A DNA stretch of 64,000 nucleotides from a virus (lineage: Duplodnaviria > Caudoviricetes): positions 2,976 to 66,975 of IMG/VR virus record IMGVR_UViG_2868227546_000002. One strand, given 5' to 3'. The notes beneath the pieces are model-generated. The model was not told the DNA's origin, did no database searches, and saw nothing but the letters and a program-made list of their open reading frames with translations. Every line of letters starts with the position of its first letter. Positions within the stretch are counted from its first letter, which is position 1. Positions 48,428-59,637 of this stretch are shown here, in pieces. The position numbers and the translations under genes are program-made.

Positions 48428-48829
48428 ATGACAGATAACGATACACTAATACCGCAAGAGATATACGTGGGAATTGACGGGAAAGAATACCGAATATACC
48501 CTATGAAATTAAAAGACTATCCACGAGTAGATAGATTGTTTTCAAAAATAGATGACATGTATTTGTTCTTAAATCTACCTACTATTAGAGAAGATAAAGA
48601 CGGTAATCCAATGCTTAATGACAATGGAAAACCAATGCTTAACTTTACAGCTTACAATGCAATGTGTGAACTGTTTGAATTAGCACTACATATTGATAGA
48701 AAGCGTGTAATGGAAATTGTAGATGTATCCAATGGAGTTGAGATATTGGATAAATTTAGAGGAATTAGTGGTTTAAAAAAAAAGATACAGACAGACCTAG
48801 CGAAGCAGACAGTGGGTTTAATCATGTAA
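48428..48829 (+). CDS. tail assembly chaperone (gpG-like)
   Basis: Between MTP and TMP; ends after the slippery site. Confidence 0.8.
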   Translation: MTDNDTLIPQEIYVGIDGKEYRIYPMKLKDYPRVDRLFSKIDDMYLFLNLPTIREDKDGNPMLNDNGKPMLNFTAYNAMCELFELALHIDRKRVMEIVDVSNGVEILDKFRGISGLKKKIQTDLAKQTVGLIM

Positions 48830-49041
48830 TAGCAAGCCTTGTTCAGCATACGAGCGAAACACGTCAATCAATCATGGAGTATACAATTCCACAGCTAGAA
48901 GCATTATCCATAGCACTGGCGGAGAACAACGAAATGGATGACGATAAGAAAGAAAAATCGAAAGAAAAACCGTTTAATGATAACGATTCGATGAGTGGCG
49001 TTGACGCAATCAACGGTTTAAAAGCTATGGGGATGATTTAA
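48428..49041 (+). CDS. tail assembly chaperone gpGT-like product via -1 programmed frameshift
   Basis: T TTA AAA heptamer at 48772-48778; -1 frame open to TAA 49041 (KKKDTDRPSEADSGFNHVIASLVQHT...YTIPQLEAL...GMI). Confidence 0.85.
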
Positions 49042-49051
49042 GGAGAGATAT

Positions 49052-52000
49052 ATGGCAGGAGATAACATTAAGTATTCTGTATCGGTCGCAACAGGTGGTG
49101 CAAAGAAAAATGTAGACGACCTTATTGCAAGTATTGGGAACTTATACAAAGCTATTGACACAATACAGAAAAAAGGCGGTAAACTTTTAAGTATAGATGC
49201 AGACAGTAGTTCTATTGACACCCTAACCAACAAGATTGCAAAAATGCAAGAAGAGATTAATGCTGTTAACGGTGTATTTAAAGAAACACTAGCTGTAAAA
49301 CAAGAATTAGGCAAAAAGCTGAATGGTGAGTTCAATAAGGAAATAAAAGAATTAGCAGATGACTCTACTAAGGCTGCCAAAGAAATTGCGAAAATTAAGG
49401 ATGAAATTAACAAAACACAGCAAGACGGAGTTGGCAGTAAAAACAACGGTCACTTACCAAGAACAAAAGATAGTTACGAGGTACTTGATAGAGCAAGACG
49501 ATTAGGTGAGTTACGAAAAGCCATGGAAGAAAACTATAACGAAAATTATGGGAAAAACATGGACTTGTACAGAAGTAAGGCAAAAGCTATCAGTAGCGAG
49601 TTTACTAAGGTAAAACAAGAAATTCGAGAAATTGAATCTTATACAAAAGAAGCCTTTTCGTGGACAAAATTGTGGGAAGAAACAACAAAAGACATTTCCG
49701 CTCGATTAGCATGGTTTACTACTAGGGGGATTGCATGGTTCGGTCTTAGTCAGATAACTAGTGCAATAGGTGCTGTGAGAGACATCGAGGTAGGGATGGC
49801 AAGTTTTTCACAGGTAATGGCACATGGGGAGCAAAACGTCAACTTATTCAAGAAAGCACTAGCAGATATTACACCAGAGGATTTGTCCAAAGGCTTAAAT
49901 ACATCGGTTGAAAACGGTGAGCACTTTGTCGAAACATTACACAAAATGCAAGACGCACTGATTGATTTGTCCGTTAAGTATGGGGCAACAAGCCAAGAAG
50001 CTATTGAATCAGCAACGTTGTGGGGTCGAGCATATAAAGACAACGAAACAGTCTTAACGTTAACTCAACAAGCGACTAAGCTAGCTATAGCGGATAACTT
50101 TAGTATTGTACAGTCGAATAAAGCCTTAGAATCTTCTATCATGCAATGGGGATACCACATTCAAAACGCCGCTCAAGCACAGGCGGTATCTAACATGATG
50201 ATTGATTCGTGGACAGCTTTGTCACACAACTACACTGTTAGTGCTAACACATTGGTAGAAGCCAACAGGCGTATGGCGCAGTCAGCCAAAGAAGTGGGAG
50301 TCTCATTCCATTCAGCACAAGCATTAATATCCGTCATGGCACGTAAAACAATGGCAGAAGGTGGAGAGATTGGTAACGCCTTGAAATCTATCTTTGGTTC
50401 GATTCATTCTGATAAAGCCATCGGTGAGTTAGAACGAATTGGCGTTCAAGTTTATAAAATCGGTGAGAGTGGTAAGAAAGAGTTTAGAGCTGTAGACGAT
50501 GTTCTTGTTGATTTGATGATTCATGCACAAACCACGAATGAAAACATGGAAGAATTGCTTAAAGGTATATCGGGCGGTAAATTCCAATGGAATAAAGCTG
50601 GTGCAATGCTTGATTTGAAGGAATATCTAACAGCCTTAGAAATCTCTACATCTTCACGTGGATTCGGCGAACAACAGGTTGCTATGCAGTTGGATACGAT
50701 TGACAAAAAACTTAAATCTATCACTGCACAGCTTGAAAAAATGACTAGCGGACACCATGGGATGGCTACAATTTTTAAAGGGGCTCTTGATATTATTCTT
50801 TGGCTATTACAAACTATTGATAAGATTCATCCAGCTGTATCACTGCTTATTCTCACACTACCAGTTAGTGGAAAGATGTTCACTAAACTAGCCGTAGAGG
50901 GTCAAGCGGCGCTTACGAAACTATCTAGCAAATTTACAGAGTTGATAACTAAAGTTAGAGCATTTACGTTATCAATGAGAGGTGCTAGTAACGCAACATC
51001 TGCAATGGGGGCAACGGCAACAACAAGCGTAGGGGCAGTCGGACGTGCTGTATCAGCGCTTGAAAAGGCACACTGGATTTTAGCAGCTATTGGTGTAGCT
51101 TATCAGTTGTATCAATCTTACGTTGGTTCAGCCAACGAAAAAGAAGCGGAGCACATCGATACTTTAAACAAAGAGATTGAGGTTTACGATGAACAGCTTA
51201 GACGTATGGAAGAATCCTATCCGTTAATCGAACGAATGACTAACACATACAACAGTCTATCTGAGAAACGCAAGGGATACGTTGAGGGTTCTGCAGAAGA
51301 GATTGCCATCACAAAAGAAATGGACAAAGCAAGAAAAATCCTTGTAAATACCGTTGGTGAGGAAGAGGCGGCAATTCTAACCACAGGTCAAGCAACTAGA
51401 GATGACATCGAAAAGGTGCAACAAAAGTATAGAGATAAGGAAGATACGATTCGCAAGGCAGAAGCACAGGCAAAAGAACATATCGATGACGCAGCTGCAC
51501 AAATTAAAAAACATACAAGTGACGTTATTGCATGGATAAACAACGAGGAAACAAAGTGGTGGGATTTAATCTTTGCAATAATGAACTATATGACATGGGC
51601 AGAGGCAGCAATGCATATATCAGACAATCTACAGTTGAGTATGGCGAAGTCAAACCTTGCCAAGTTAGAATCAGATAAAGCAAATTATGGTGCAGAATCA
51701 GACAGTCTAGCGTCAGATAGTCTACAGTCATTAGGAATAGCAGGCACTGATATTGACACTAAAATCAGTCAAGAAAAGGCAACCATTGCACAATTGGAAG
51801 AAAAAGTCAACAGTCGAATGGAGAATTTAAAATCTTCCGCTGTCGCTAAAGAGATGGAGAAAATCAATACAATGAGAGGTGCTATTTCAAGCAGTACTCC
51901 AGACTCAACACGTTCAGAAGTACCTACAGGCGGTGACGATGGAAAACACCACGGCGGTGGACATCACAAAGAGGAAGACCCCGAAAAGAAAGAAGCCAAA

Positions 52001-53413
52001 GCATTAAAAGAGAGATACGAAGCCTACAGAAAGTCTTTAGAGCTTACATCTAAAGACACTGAACAAAAGTACAAAAGAGCATTAGATGATGTATCTGATA
52101 AAGAAAAACTGCATGGTGAAACTGTACAATCAATGACAGAAAAACTAGAGATACATCGGAAGCAATACGATAGTCTAAAGAAATCTCTTAACGATTATAC
52201 ATACGCTTATAATACGTATTTAGCTGGCGAATTTACAGATACAGATAAACAAAAGATAAAAGATTCTCTAGGTGTTACTTTGGAAGAGTATTCTAAGCTA
52301 ACTCCACTTATGAAACAAGAAAAACTGTTACACCTTGAAAAAGAGTCCAACAAAGTATTGTATGAAAAGCTAGATAATATCAATAAGATTTCAGAAGAGA
52401 TGGATAAACTGAATGACAAAATCAAACGAGACACAACTGAACTAGAGGTAATGAAGCGTAAGATTGAAGATACAGATTATAACAAGAAGAAAGAAATCAA
52501 CGATACTAAAAAGGCTTTGTCAGATGAGGAAATGAAATACGTTTATGAAAATTCAGAGGATAAACATAAACGTGAGATTCAGTTCTTAGAAACGGAAGTA
52601 CAGTTAGAACGTGATAAACTTGAGTTGATGAAACAACGTGGTTCAAATTCAGATGAATTATTAAAGCAAGAGTTAGCACTCAAGAAAGTAGAAAATGCTG
52701 CCAAAAACTATGCGAAAACATTACAGAAAGACGTTCGACAATCAGCTAGAGATGTATTCAAAGATATTGTCATGGAAAGTAAATCTATCAAAGACGTTTG
52801 GAAGAAACTATGGAAAGGCTTAGCAGATGACGCACTGAACGCACTATTTAGAATAGGCGAAGGAGCAACAAGTCCACTAGGTAAGCTATTAAACTTAGGT
52901 GGTTTATTTGGCGGTGGTGGCGGGTCTAAATATGCTATGACTACCTTTAGAAGTGGTGGTGCAGGGTGGACTAAATTCTTAGGACATGAAAACGGCGGTA
53001 TTGTAGATGAGGACGCAATCTATCGTGCTGGTGAACATGGAAAAAAAGAAATGGTAATTCCACTAGATTCTAATTCGCCAAGAAGTCGAATGTTATTAAA
53101 ACAAACGGCTAGCCACTTAGGTGTATCTGCAGATGGTCGAGGTGTTCAGCCAGTGTTTAAAAACAAGGATGTAGCAAGCGGTAAAACAGCTAGTCAAATC
53201 AGCAGACAAACAAAATCGATGAGTAAGCTAGAATCACTAACAGAAAGCATGGTAAACATTCTGACATTCATGGCGAATAACCAGCAGAATGCAAGCGGTG
53301 GTCAAGCTACTATTATGCAACCAGTGATTACTAAACAAACGATGACAGACGCAGAATTTGCAAGAATGTACCAAAAGTTAGGAGCACAGGGTAAATTGAA
53401 CGGTAGACGATAA
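49052..53413 (+). CDS. tape measure protein
   Basis: 1453 aa helical, TP901-type core (IGNALKSIF), C-terminal HENGGIV...AGEHG.KEMVIPL. Confidence 0.93.
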   Translation: MAGDNIKYSVSVATGGAKKNVDDLIASIGNLYKAIDTIQKKGGKLLSIDADSSSIDTLTNKIAKMQEEINAVNGVFKETLAVKQELGKKLNGEFNKEIKELADDSTKAAKEIAKIKDEINKTQQDGVGSKNNGHLPRTKDSYEVLDRARRLGELRKAMEENYNENYGKNMDLYRSKAKAISSEFTKVKQEIREIESYTKEAFSWTKLWEETTKDISARLAWFTTRGIAWFGLSQITSAIGAVRDIEVGMASFSQVMAHGEQNVNLFKKALADITPEDLSKGLNTSVENGEHFVETLHKMQDALIDLSVKYGATSQEAIESATLWGRAYKDNETVLTLTQQATKLAIADNFSIVQSNKALESSIMQWGYHIQNAAQAQAVSNMMIDSWTALSHNYTVSANTLVEANRRMAQSAKEVGVSFHSAQALISVMARKTMAEGGEIGNALKSIFGSIHSDKAIGELERIGVQVYKIGESGKKEFRAVDDVLVDLMIHAQTTNENMEELLKGISGGKFQWNKAGAMLDLKEYLTALEISTSSRGFGEQQVAMQLDTIDKKLKSITAQLEKMTSGHHGMATIFKGALDIILWLLQTIDKIHPAVSLLILTLPVSGKMFTKLAVEGQAALTKLSSKFTELITKVRAFTLSMRGASNATSAMGATATTSVGAVGRAVSALEKAHWILAAIGVAYQLYQSYVGSANEKEAEHIDTLNKEIEVYDEQLRRMEESYPLIERMTNTYNSLSEKRKGYVEGSAEEIAITKEMDKARKILVNTVGEEEAAILTTGQATRDDIEKVQQKYRDKEDTIRKAEAQAKEHIDDAAAQIKKHTSDVIAWINNEETKWWDLIFAIMNYMTWAEAAMHISDNLQLSMAKSNLAKLESDKANYGAESDSLASDSLQSLGIAGTDIDTKISQEKATIAQLEEKVNSRMENLKSSAVAKEMEKINTMRGAISSSTPDSTRSEVPTGGDDGKHHGGGHHKEEDPEKKEAKALKERYEAYRKSLELTSKDTEQKYKRALDDVSDKEKLHGETVQSMTEKLEIHRKQYDSLKKSLNDYTYAYNTYLAGEFTDTDKQKIKDSLGVTLEEYSKLTPLMKQEKLLHLEKESNKVLYEKLDNINKISEEMDKLNDKIKRDTTELEVMKRKIEDTDYNKKKEINDTKKALSDEEMKYVYENSEDKHKREIQFLETEVQLERDKLELMKQRGSNSDELLKQELALKKVENAAKNYAKTLQKDVRQSARDVFKDIVMESKSIKDVWKKLWKGLADDALNALFRIGEGATSPLGKLLNLGGLFGGGGGSKYAMTTFRSGGAGWTKFLGHENGGIVDEDAIYRAGEHGKKEMVIPLDSNSPRSRMLLKQTASHLGVSADGRGVQPVFKNKDVASGKTASQISRQTKSMSKLESLTESMVNILTFMANNQQNASGGQATIMQPVITKQTMTDAEFARMYQKLGAQGKLNGRR

Positions 53414-53425
53414 ATAGAATATGTA

Positions 53426-53466
53426 TAAAAACCGTGGTTGACAAAATCACGGTTTTTTACATTATA
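53426..53466 (+). promoter_or_regulatory. terminator-like inverted repeat overlapping a class-2 promoter
   Basis: AAAAACCGTG...CACGGTTTTT enclosing TTGACA(53438)-N16-CATTAT. Confidence 0.6.
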
Positions 53467-53481
53467 TGTAGAGGTATTAAT

Positions 53482-53901
53482 ATGAACGAAAAGATATACG
53501 GATTAATTGGATTACAGTATGGATTTTCTAAAGATAAAAATCATTGTGTTGATTTGTGTAGAAAATTCTATGCGTTACACGATTGGAAAGAAGATTTTAG
53601 AGACGGTAAAGATGACCCCGAAACATTAGAAGAATTTAATAAACATCATAAGTTAAGATTACTTAGATATTTACTGAAAAACTTTGACAAGGTTAGAGAT
53701 ACATATGCATTAGAATATGGAGACGTAGTTATTTTTGACGTATTAGGGGATTTACATTGTGGAGTCTTTATCGGTAACGGCGACATTATAGCAATGGAAG
53801 TACCATGTGGTGAGGGTAGTCGCAGTGCAGTCTACAAATATAAATTTTGGAAACAGGCGTTCTTATGTGCATTCAGACGTAGAGGTGTAACGAATGATTA
53901 A
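53482..53901 (+). CDS. NlpC/P60-like tail tip assembly protein
   Basis: HCVDLC, GDVVIF, HCGVFIGNG; SD GAGG before ATG 53482. Confidence 0.75.
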   Translation: MNEKIYGLIGLQYGFSKDKNHCVDLCRKFYALHDWKEDFRDGKDDPETLEEFNKHHKLRLLRYLLKNFDKVRDTYALEYGDVVIFDVLGDLHCGVFIGNGDIIAMEVPCGEGSRSAVYKYKFWKQAFLCAFRRRGVTND

Positions 53902-54361
53902 ATATAAGATATTTCCATTGCCTTATCGTTTTCAAACGGTAGTAGGCGTATCATTCGCAACAAGAGAGGTAGTCTTTGAAAGCCAAAAGAAACAAGTACA
54001 ACAGCTATCTATCAATCCTATTGAAGATTGGCAGATTGATGTGGCAGGTGATGCCGATGACTATATTAAATTGGATAAATTCTTTAAAGAAATGGGTGGC
54101 AATACGCGCCCGTTTATTTTTTTTGATGAAGCGAATCGTCCACGGTTGGTACGCTTTAGTAGTAATAAACTCACGGTAACAGCTAAGCGTGAGTGGAAAC
54201 ATAATAATGTAACCAATGGCAAAATCGTTGGATTTACAGGCAGTCTTGCTTTAGAGACAGTGATTGATACATTCGATGGAGTAAATCCAAACGATGTATA
54301 CGGCAGTCGATATAAAGAATGGTGGAAAGTGCAACTAGGAGATAAATACATAGATGATTAA
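53894..54361 (+). CDS. distal tail protein (lambda gpM-like)
   Basis: FFKEMGGNTRPFIF; synteny. Confidence 0.6.
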   Translation: MIKYKIFPLPYRFQTVVGVSFATREVVFESQKKQVQQLSINPIEDWQIDVAGDADDYIKLDKFFKEMGGNTRPFIFFDEANRPRLVRFSSNKLTVTAKREWKHNNVTNGKIVGFTGSLALETVIDTFDGVNPNDVYGSRYKEWWKVQLGDKYIDD

Positions 54362-55166
54362 TTTACCAGTTAAGATGAAAGAACAGACTGAAAGCGGTAG
54401 TGTATTTACTATCGAACTATATGAAGTTTACATGCCTAACACTGTTCTTAGATTTTGTGCGTGTGACGAAAACATAGAATATAACGGTCAGACTTATCTA
54501 GCCGTACCAGTCCAACGTGGTGAAATCTCAAAGAATGTTGACTTGACGGCAGATACATGCGAGTTATCCGTATCGAATACTACTGATTATTTCACGCAGT
54601 TATTATTCAGTGGAATCAACTTTATTGGGTCTAAAGTTTACATCTATCAGATTTTATACCCCGATGCACTAACAGATGTAAATAATATCCGTTTGTTATT
54701 CTATGGCATTGTAGATACTCCAGAGCTAACATCAGACGGTGTATTCAAAGTGCAAGTAACAAATGATATGCCTCTTGCTACAGGTGGTCGGAAAATGCAC
54801 TTGCCATGCAATGCAACGTTTGGAGATTCTATTTGTGGAATTAAGCCTAAGACGCTCACAGGTAGTATTGTTGAAATAGTAGAAAATACATCTATTCGAC
54901 TAAGTTCACTACAAGATAGTGCAACAGCATATAAAGATTGGTTGCATGGTATTCTAGTAATTAATGGCGAAGGTAGATATATTACAAACGTAAAATCTAA
55001 TGGGTGGATAGAGGTTGAATATCCATTTTTACAAAATATTGAGCACGCAAAATTTGAGATGATACAAGGTTGTGATAAAACACAATCAGACTGTAGTCGA
55101 TATGATAACCGCAGAAGATATAGCGGATTCCCATCCGTACCATATGAATACGAAATTAAAACATAA
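54354..55166 (+). CDS. tail tip protein (gpL/DUF2163-like, Fe-S Cys)
   Basis: CNATFGDSICG and GCDKT..DC...N...YSGFP. Confidence 0.85.
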   Translation: MINLPVKMKEQTESGSVFTIELYEVYMPNTVLRFCACDENIEYNGQTYLAVPVQRGEISKNVDLTADTCELSVSNTTDYFTQLLFSGINFIGSKVYIYQILYPDALTDVNNIRLLFYGIVDTPELTSDGVFKVQVTNDMPLATGGRKMHLPCNATFGDSICGIKPKTLTGSIVEIVENTSIRLSSLQDSATAYKDWLHGILVINGEGRYITNVKSNGWIEVEYPFLQNIEHAKFEMIQGCDKTQSDCSRYDNRRRYSGFPSVPYEYEIKT

Positions 55167-55179
55167 AGGAGTGAACTAA

Positions 55180-58100
55180 TTGGGTAAACGTAGAGGTGGC
55201 AAAAGCAAGGTTGGCAAGTTTATATCCCTAGGTCTTGCCATTGCAGGTGCATTCGCTCCACAGATTTTTGGACTTGCGAAAGTAGCAAATGGTGCATTCA
55301 AGGCAGCACTATATGGCTTATCTTTGGGGTCTACTATTGGTTCAGTATTCGATAAGCCTAAAGACTTCGGAACAACAACGCAAGGTGCTTTTGACGCCAA
55401 GATGAACAGGGTAGACGGAACAGCAATGTTACCTATTATCTATGGAACGCAAAAGGCTGGAGGAATGCAGACCTATCACAGAACGAATTATAATGGACGT
55501 GTATTGTATAAGCATGTACTAGTATGTGAGGGTGAAATTCAAGGCGTAAGGGGTGTAGCCGTCAACAGTTATCTTTGCCCTTATACAATAGAGAATTATG
55601 GAAAGACAAATACTCCACAGGTATTTGGACTAAAGAATACTCTATATGAGGACGCAACTGTGCAAGTAGTTGACGCTGGTAAAGCTATGCGTTCTAGTGT
55701 AGGGAAAGCACTAAAAAAAGATGAAGAATCTGCAGATAAAAACAAACCAAAGTTAAGTGACTACGCACGAGGAAAAGAAGGAGTAGGTCACAAATACATT
55801 GAGGGAGAATCTAAAGAGCAAGCAATCGAACGATACAACAAAGACTTATCTGCATGGGAATCCAACAGTAGAGCCTATCGAGAAAAACGTAGAAAGTACC
55901 TTGAATCCATCAACAAATATAAAGATATGCGAACAGGAAACGATAAAGTTCTTGTATTGTATGCGAACGGCGAGTATGACGCAGTGTTGTTGCAACATCC
56001 GTCAGATATGCGAGAGGATAAAGCAAATGAAATGTTTACATCATTTGCTGGTGTATATCAATACATTATTGGCGACAGCGTAGAGAATACAATCAAGGAA
56101 CATGGTTGGGAATTAGTAAACCCAGTAAATTGCCAAGACGCACCCGAAAAGTTGCAAACAATGGGTGAAACTAGTGCATACAACCGAACGGTCTACTGTT
56201 CTTTATCTAGCGACATGATTGCTAGAGATTCGCACTTTACAGTACATCTAGGGGATGAGAATCAATCAGCACCAAACAACTACATGGCAGTCGGTGGTTA
56301 TCCGTCAATGGCTTATGTAGATGGTAGTATTAAATGGACAGAAGAAGTAGGTAGTGGCAATCCTACTGTAACAATGCTTGTTGACGGTCGAACGTTATAT
56401 GACCCACGTATTAAAGGTACTAGATTTTCTAAGAATCCAGCTTTAGTACTTATGGACTATATGACAAATCCAGTATATGGTGCAGGGCAGTATATCACTA
56501 AAGAAATGTTAGACATGGACTCTTTCATTGATGTTGCTAGCTATTGTGATGAACTAGTATATTATGAAAATCAATTTGGACATGTGGTAAAAGAGCCACG
56601 GTATGAGATTGACTTAGTATTACAGGAAAGACGTTCTCACTTAGACAACATCAAAGATATATTGCGTTGTTTTGCTGGATTCATTGTGTTTTCAAACGAT
56701 AAGATATGCTTGCGTGTGGAACGTAATCAAACTCCAGTGTATCACTTCGACAAAGATAATATCGTTGAGAAAAGTCTTGCGTATAAAGGTGCTGGTATAG
56801 ACCAGTCGCCTAATAAACTACTGATAACCTATGTAGAGCCAGCGCTAGATTATAACGCAGTACGTGTTATCGTTGAGGATTCAGTCAATCAGTTGCCACC
56901 ACCAATTGGTAGAGGTCGAGCGGTAGAACAAGAGATACAGCTAGCGGGAGTCGCAAGACAATCTCAAGCACTTAGACTAGGGAAAATCTACAGAGATATT
57001 ATTCGTCTTTGTCCTATCACGGTGACTTTTAAAACAGGTGCTATGGCAATGCATTTAGAGCCGGGTGACATTATCACAATTACTAAAACATTCATTGATG
57101 AAAATGGCGTAGAACAAAACATCTTTGATAGATTCCAATGTAGAATCATTGAGATTCGTGAGGAGCACGGCACATATGAAATCACAGCACGACAATACAA
57201 TCCGTCAATCTATGATGACAAACACGGCGCAACATTGAAACCATTAGATGTATTAGCATACAATAAGCCTGTTAAATTAACTCCGACAGACGTTGAGAGA
57301 GTACCATATGCTCAAGCAGATGTACGGTTCGTGCAATCTACAGTTGGAGTAGGACGTTATGATTTGATAATCTCATGGCAAATACCAGACGGCAATTATG
57401 CTAAAGGTAGACTATCGTATAAAGCTAAAGATGTTAATACTGAATGGGTACTAGCTGGAGACTTTGAAACTGTAGGCACTATCTATAATGTAATGTATGG
57501 TAAATCGTATGATATAAAAATCGAAACGGTGGACTCTAAAGGCATTGTACATGAAGAAGCAGTCACAAAGATGAGCGACATTCTGATTACCAACAATACG
57601 GCACAGCCTAGCAATGTGACTAACTTTAGATTAGAAGCTACAGACAAAATAACAGCAAGTTGGGATTCGCCTAATGACGCAACGCAAGTTATGTACTATG
57701 AACTACGTACAGATGATAAAGTCAGCAACGATGGTGATGGCTTGATTACACGTACAGTATCTAACAAAACTGAAATATCACTCAAAGATAGAACAGGTAA
57801 GATATATGTATACGTGAGAAATCTCTTAGGAACATATTCTAGTGGATACATTCATTCATATGATTTTCCTAAGTTAGAAGCACCACGGCTTGAAAGTCAA
57901 AAAGATATATTAGGCGGTGTATCCTTGCAGTTTAATGTTAAGCCAGCTAAAGCTAAAGAATTGCACATCAAAGTGGGTGACGCATTGTATATTTCACAGA
58001 CTAATCAGTATAACTTTATGGGTAGTGCTGGAATCTACGATATGACATTTTGTTGGGTAGACTACTTCGGAGAATGTACAGAGAGTGGTAACACTAGGAT

Positions 58101-59622
58101 TACTGTTCAAGCGAATATACCGCAAGCATATCTAACTGAACAGGCGAATGCAATTAAAAGTGTTGAAACAAAAATCAAAGAGATTGAAAGTATTAGAAGT
58201 AAAATTGACGGAATTGACGGCAGATTTACTTCATTCGATAGCAAGTTGGGTGCTTTACAGGCGAACTATAATACTACAGCTACATGGGCTACACAAACGC
58301 ATAAGAGAGTAAATCAAGCAATTGCAGATTTATCTAAAATAGATAATAAGATAGCGACAGCTATCACTAGCAAAACGGGTGAAATCTCAAGCAAGGTTGT
58401 TCAGCTAGAGGGGTTAATTAATCAAAAAGTAGAAGATGTTAAAAGTGGAGTATCTACTCAAATCAGTCAATTGAGTGATACCGTCAATACATCGGTAACG
58501 AACAAACTAAAAGGACTGGAATCACATCTAACCCAAACGGACAATGCTATTACAAGAGCAATTGCAGATAGTAAAAGTTACACTAACTCACAAGTAACAC
58601 AATTATCAAATGCTATTGACAGTAAAGTCGCAAATGCTAACAGCGGTCTAAGCACTAGAATTACACAATTAGAGGGTAGTATCGATTCAAAAGTAGCCAA
58701 TGCGAATCAAAACATTAGTTCACAAATCACACAGCTAACCAATAACATAGACTTAAAGGTGCAAAACGGGATTAATTCTCTCAGTGGAGATACTCTTGTT
58801 AGTCGTATTAATTTATCATCAAGTGGTACACGGATTGACGGCAAGCTACTACACGTAACAGGTCAAGCATTATTTGATGATAACATCATAACAAGCAAAA
58901 TGTTGCAAGCCAAGGCGGTAACGGCAGATAAAATCAAAGTAGATACCCTTAGCGCTATTAGTGCGAATGTTGGGGAACTAAAAGGTGGAACAATCATAGG
59001 AACTACTCTAAAGAATGAAAACGGTACGTTTAGTGTATCGGCGACTGGTGATATATCGGGGGCAAAAATCAACGGCAGTACTATTACAGGTACAACGATA
59101 CAAAACGCCAGTGGCACATTTAGTGTATCAAGCGAGGGTGTAATCAAAGGGGCAACGATAGATGCTCAATCGTTTAGGAAATCGGGATTTGAGATTACGG
59201 CAATAAAACAAGAATTATATGTTGTTGCAGATGAAGCGTTGATTCCAGCTCCAGATGGATATAATAGAGAGGATTGTATATATATTCCATTAAGATTGCT
59301 GAATCTTAAACAATTGCTTAGTTATAGAAGTTGGGGTCAATCACTTTCGTCAACACAGAGAGATTTAAAAGATAAATTCTATCGAAATTTCAAAGCAATT
59401 GATGACATGAGATTTGTCGGCATCGGGAGTGGGATGACTAAAGGGGTTGATAAACAAAAATCCGATGTAATCGAAGATTTAAGGTTTGGAATAGATAAAA
59501 ATTATAATGTAATTGCCAAAAAGACGACAGAGGAAAATGGACACAATAAAAATGGTAGCTATACTTACTATAACCTTTACTATGGATACATAGAAGTCTT
59601 ATGCCTTGCATTTAAGAAATAA
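55180..59622 (+). CDS. central tail fibre / host specificity protein (gpJ-like)
   Basis: LPIIYG, SKNPAL.LMDY, FNIII-like region, heptad S.ITQL...ID.KV repeats, distinct C-terminal domain. Confidence 0.9.
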   Translation: MGKRRGGKSKVGKFISLGLAIAGAFAPQIFGLAKVANGAFKAALYGLSLGSTIGSVFDKPKDFGTTTQGAFDAKMNRVDGTAMLPIIYGTQKAGGMQTYHRTNYNGRVLYKHVLVCEGEIQGVRGVAVNSYLCPYTIENYGKTNTPQVFGLKNTLYEDATVQVVDAGKAMRSSVGKALKKDEESADKNKPKLSDYARGKEGVGHKYIEGESKEQAIERYNKDLSAWESNSRAYREKRRKYLESINKYKDMRTGNDKVLVLYANGEYDAVLLQHPSDMREDKANEMFTSFAGVYQYIIGDSVENTIKEHGWELVNPVNCQDAPEKLQTMGETSAYNRTVYCSLSSDMIARDSHFTVHLGDENQSAPNNYMAVGGYPSMAYVDGSIKWTEEVGSGNPTVTMLVDGRTLYDPRIKGTRFSKNPALVLMDYMTNPVYGAGQYITKEMLDMDSFIDVASYCDELVYYENQFGHVVKEPRYEIDLVLQERRSHLDNIKDILRCFAGFIVFSNDKICLRVERNQTPVYHFDKDNIVEKSLAYKGAGIDQSPNKLLITYVEPALDYNAVRVIVEDSVNQLPPPIGRGRAVEQEIQLAGVARQSQALRLGKIYRDIIRLCPITVTFKTGAMAMHLEPGDIITITKTFIDENGVEQNIFDRFQCRIIEIREEHGTYEITARQYNPSIYDDKHGATLKPLDVLAYNKPVKLTPTDVERVPYAQADVRFVQSTVGVGRYDLIISWQIPDGNYAKGRLSYKAKDVNTEWVLAGDFETVGTIYNVMYGKSYDIKIETVDSKGIVHEEAVTKMSDILITNNTAQPSNVTNFRLEATDKITASWDSPNDATQVMYYELRTDDKVSNDGDGLITRTVSNKTEISLKDRTGKIYVYVRNLLGTYSSGYIHSYDFPKLEAPRLESQKDILGGVSLQFNVKPAKAKELHIKVGDALYISQTNQYNFMGSAGIYDMTFCWVDYFGECTESGNTRITVQANIPQAYLTEQANAIKSVETKIKEIESIRSKIDGIDGRFTSFDSKLGALQANYNTTATWATQTHKRVNQAIADLSKIDNKIATAITSKTGEISSKVVQLEGLINQKVEDVKSGVSTQISQLSDTVNTSVTNKLKGLESHLTQTDNAITRAIADSKSYTNSQVTQLSNAIDSKVANANSGLSTRITQLEGSIDSKVANANQNISSQITQLTNNIDLKVQNGINSLSGDTLVSRINLSSSGTRIDGKLLHVTGQALFDDNIITSKMLQAKAVTADKIKVDTLSAISANVGELKGGTIIGTTLKNENGTFSVSATGDISGAKINGSTITGTTIQNASGTFSVSSEGVIKGATIDAQSFRKSGFEITAIKQELYVVADEALIPAPDGYNREDCIYIPLRLLNLKQLLSYRSWGQSLSSTQRDLKDKFYRNFKAIDDMRFVGIGSGMTKGVDKQKSDVIEDLRFGIDKNYNVIAKKTTEENGHNKNGSYTYYNLYYGYIEVLCLAFKK

Positions 59623-59637
59623 CAAGGAGAATAAACT

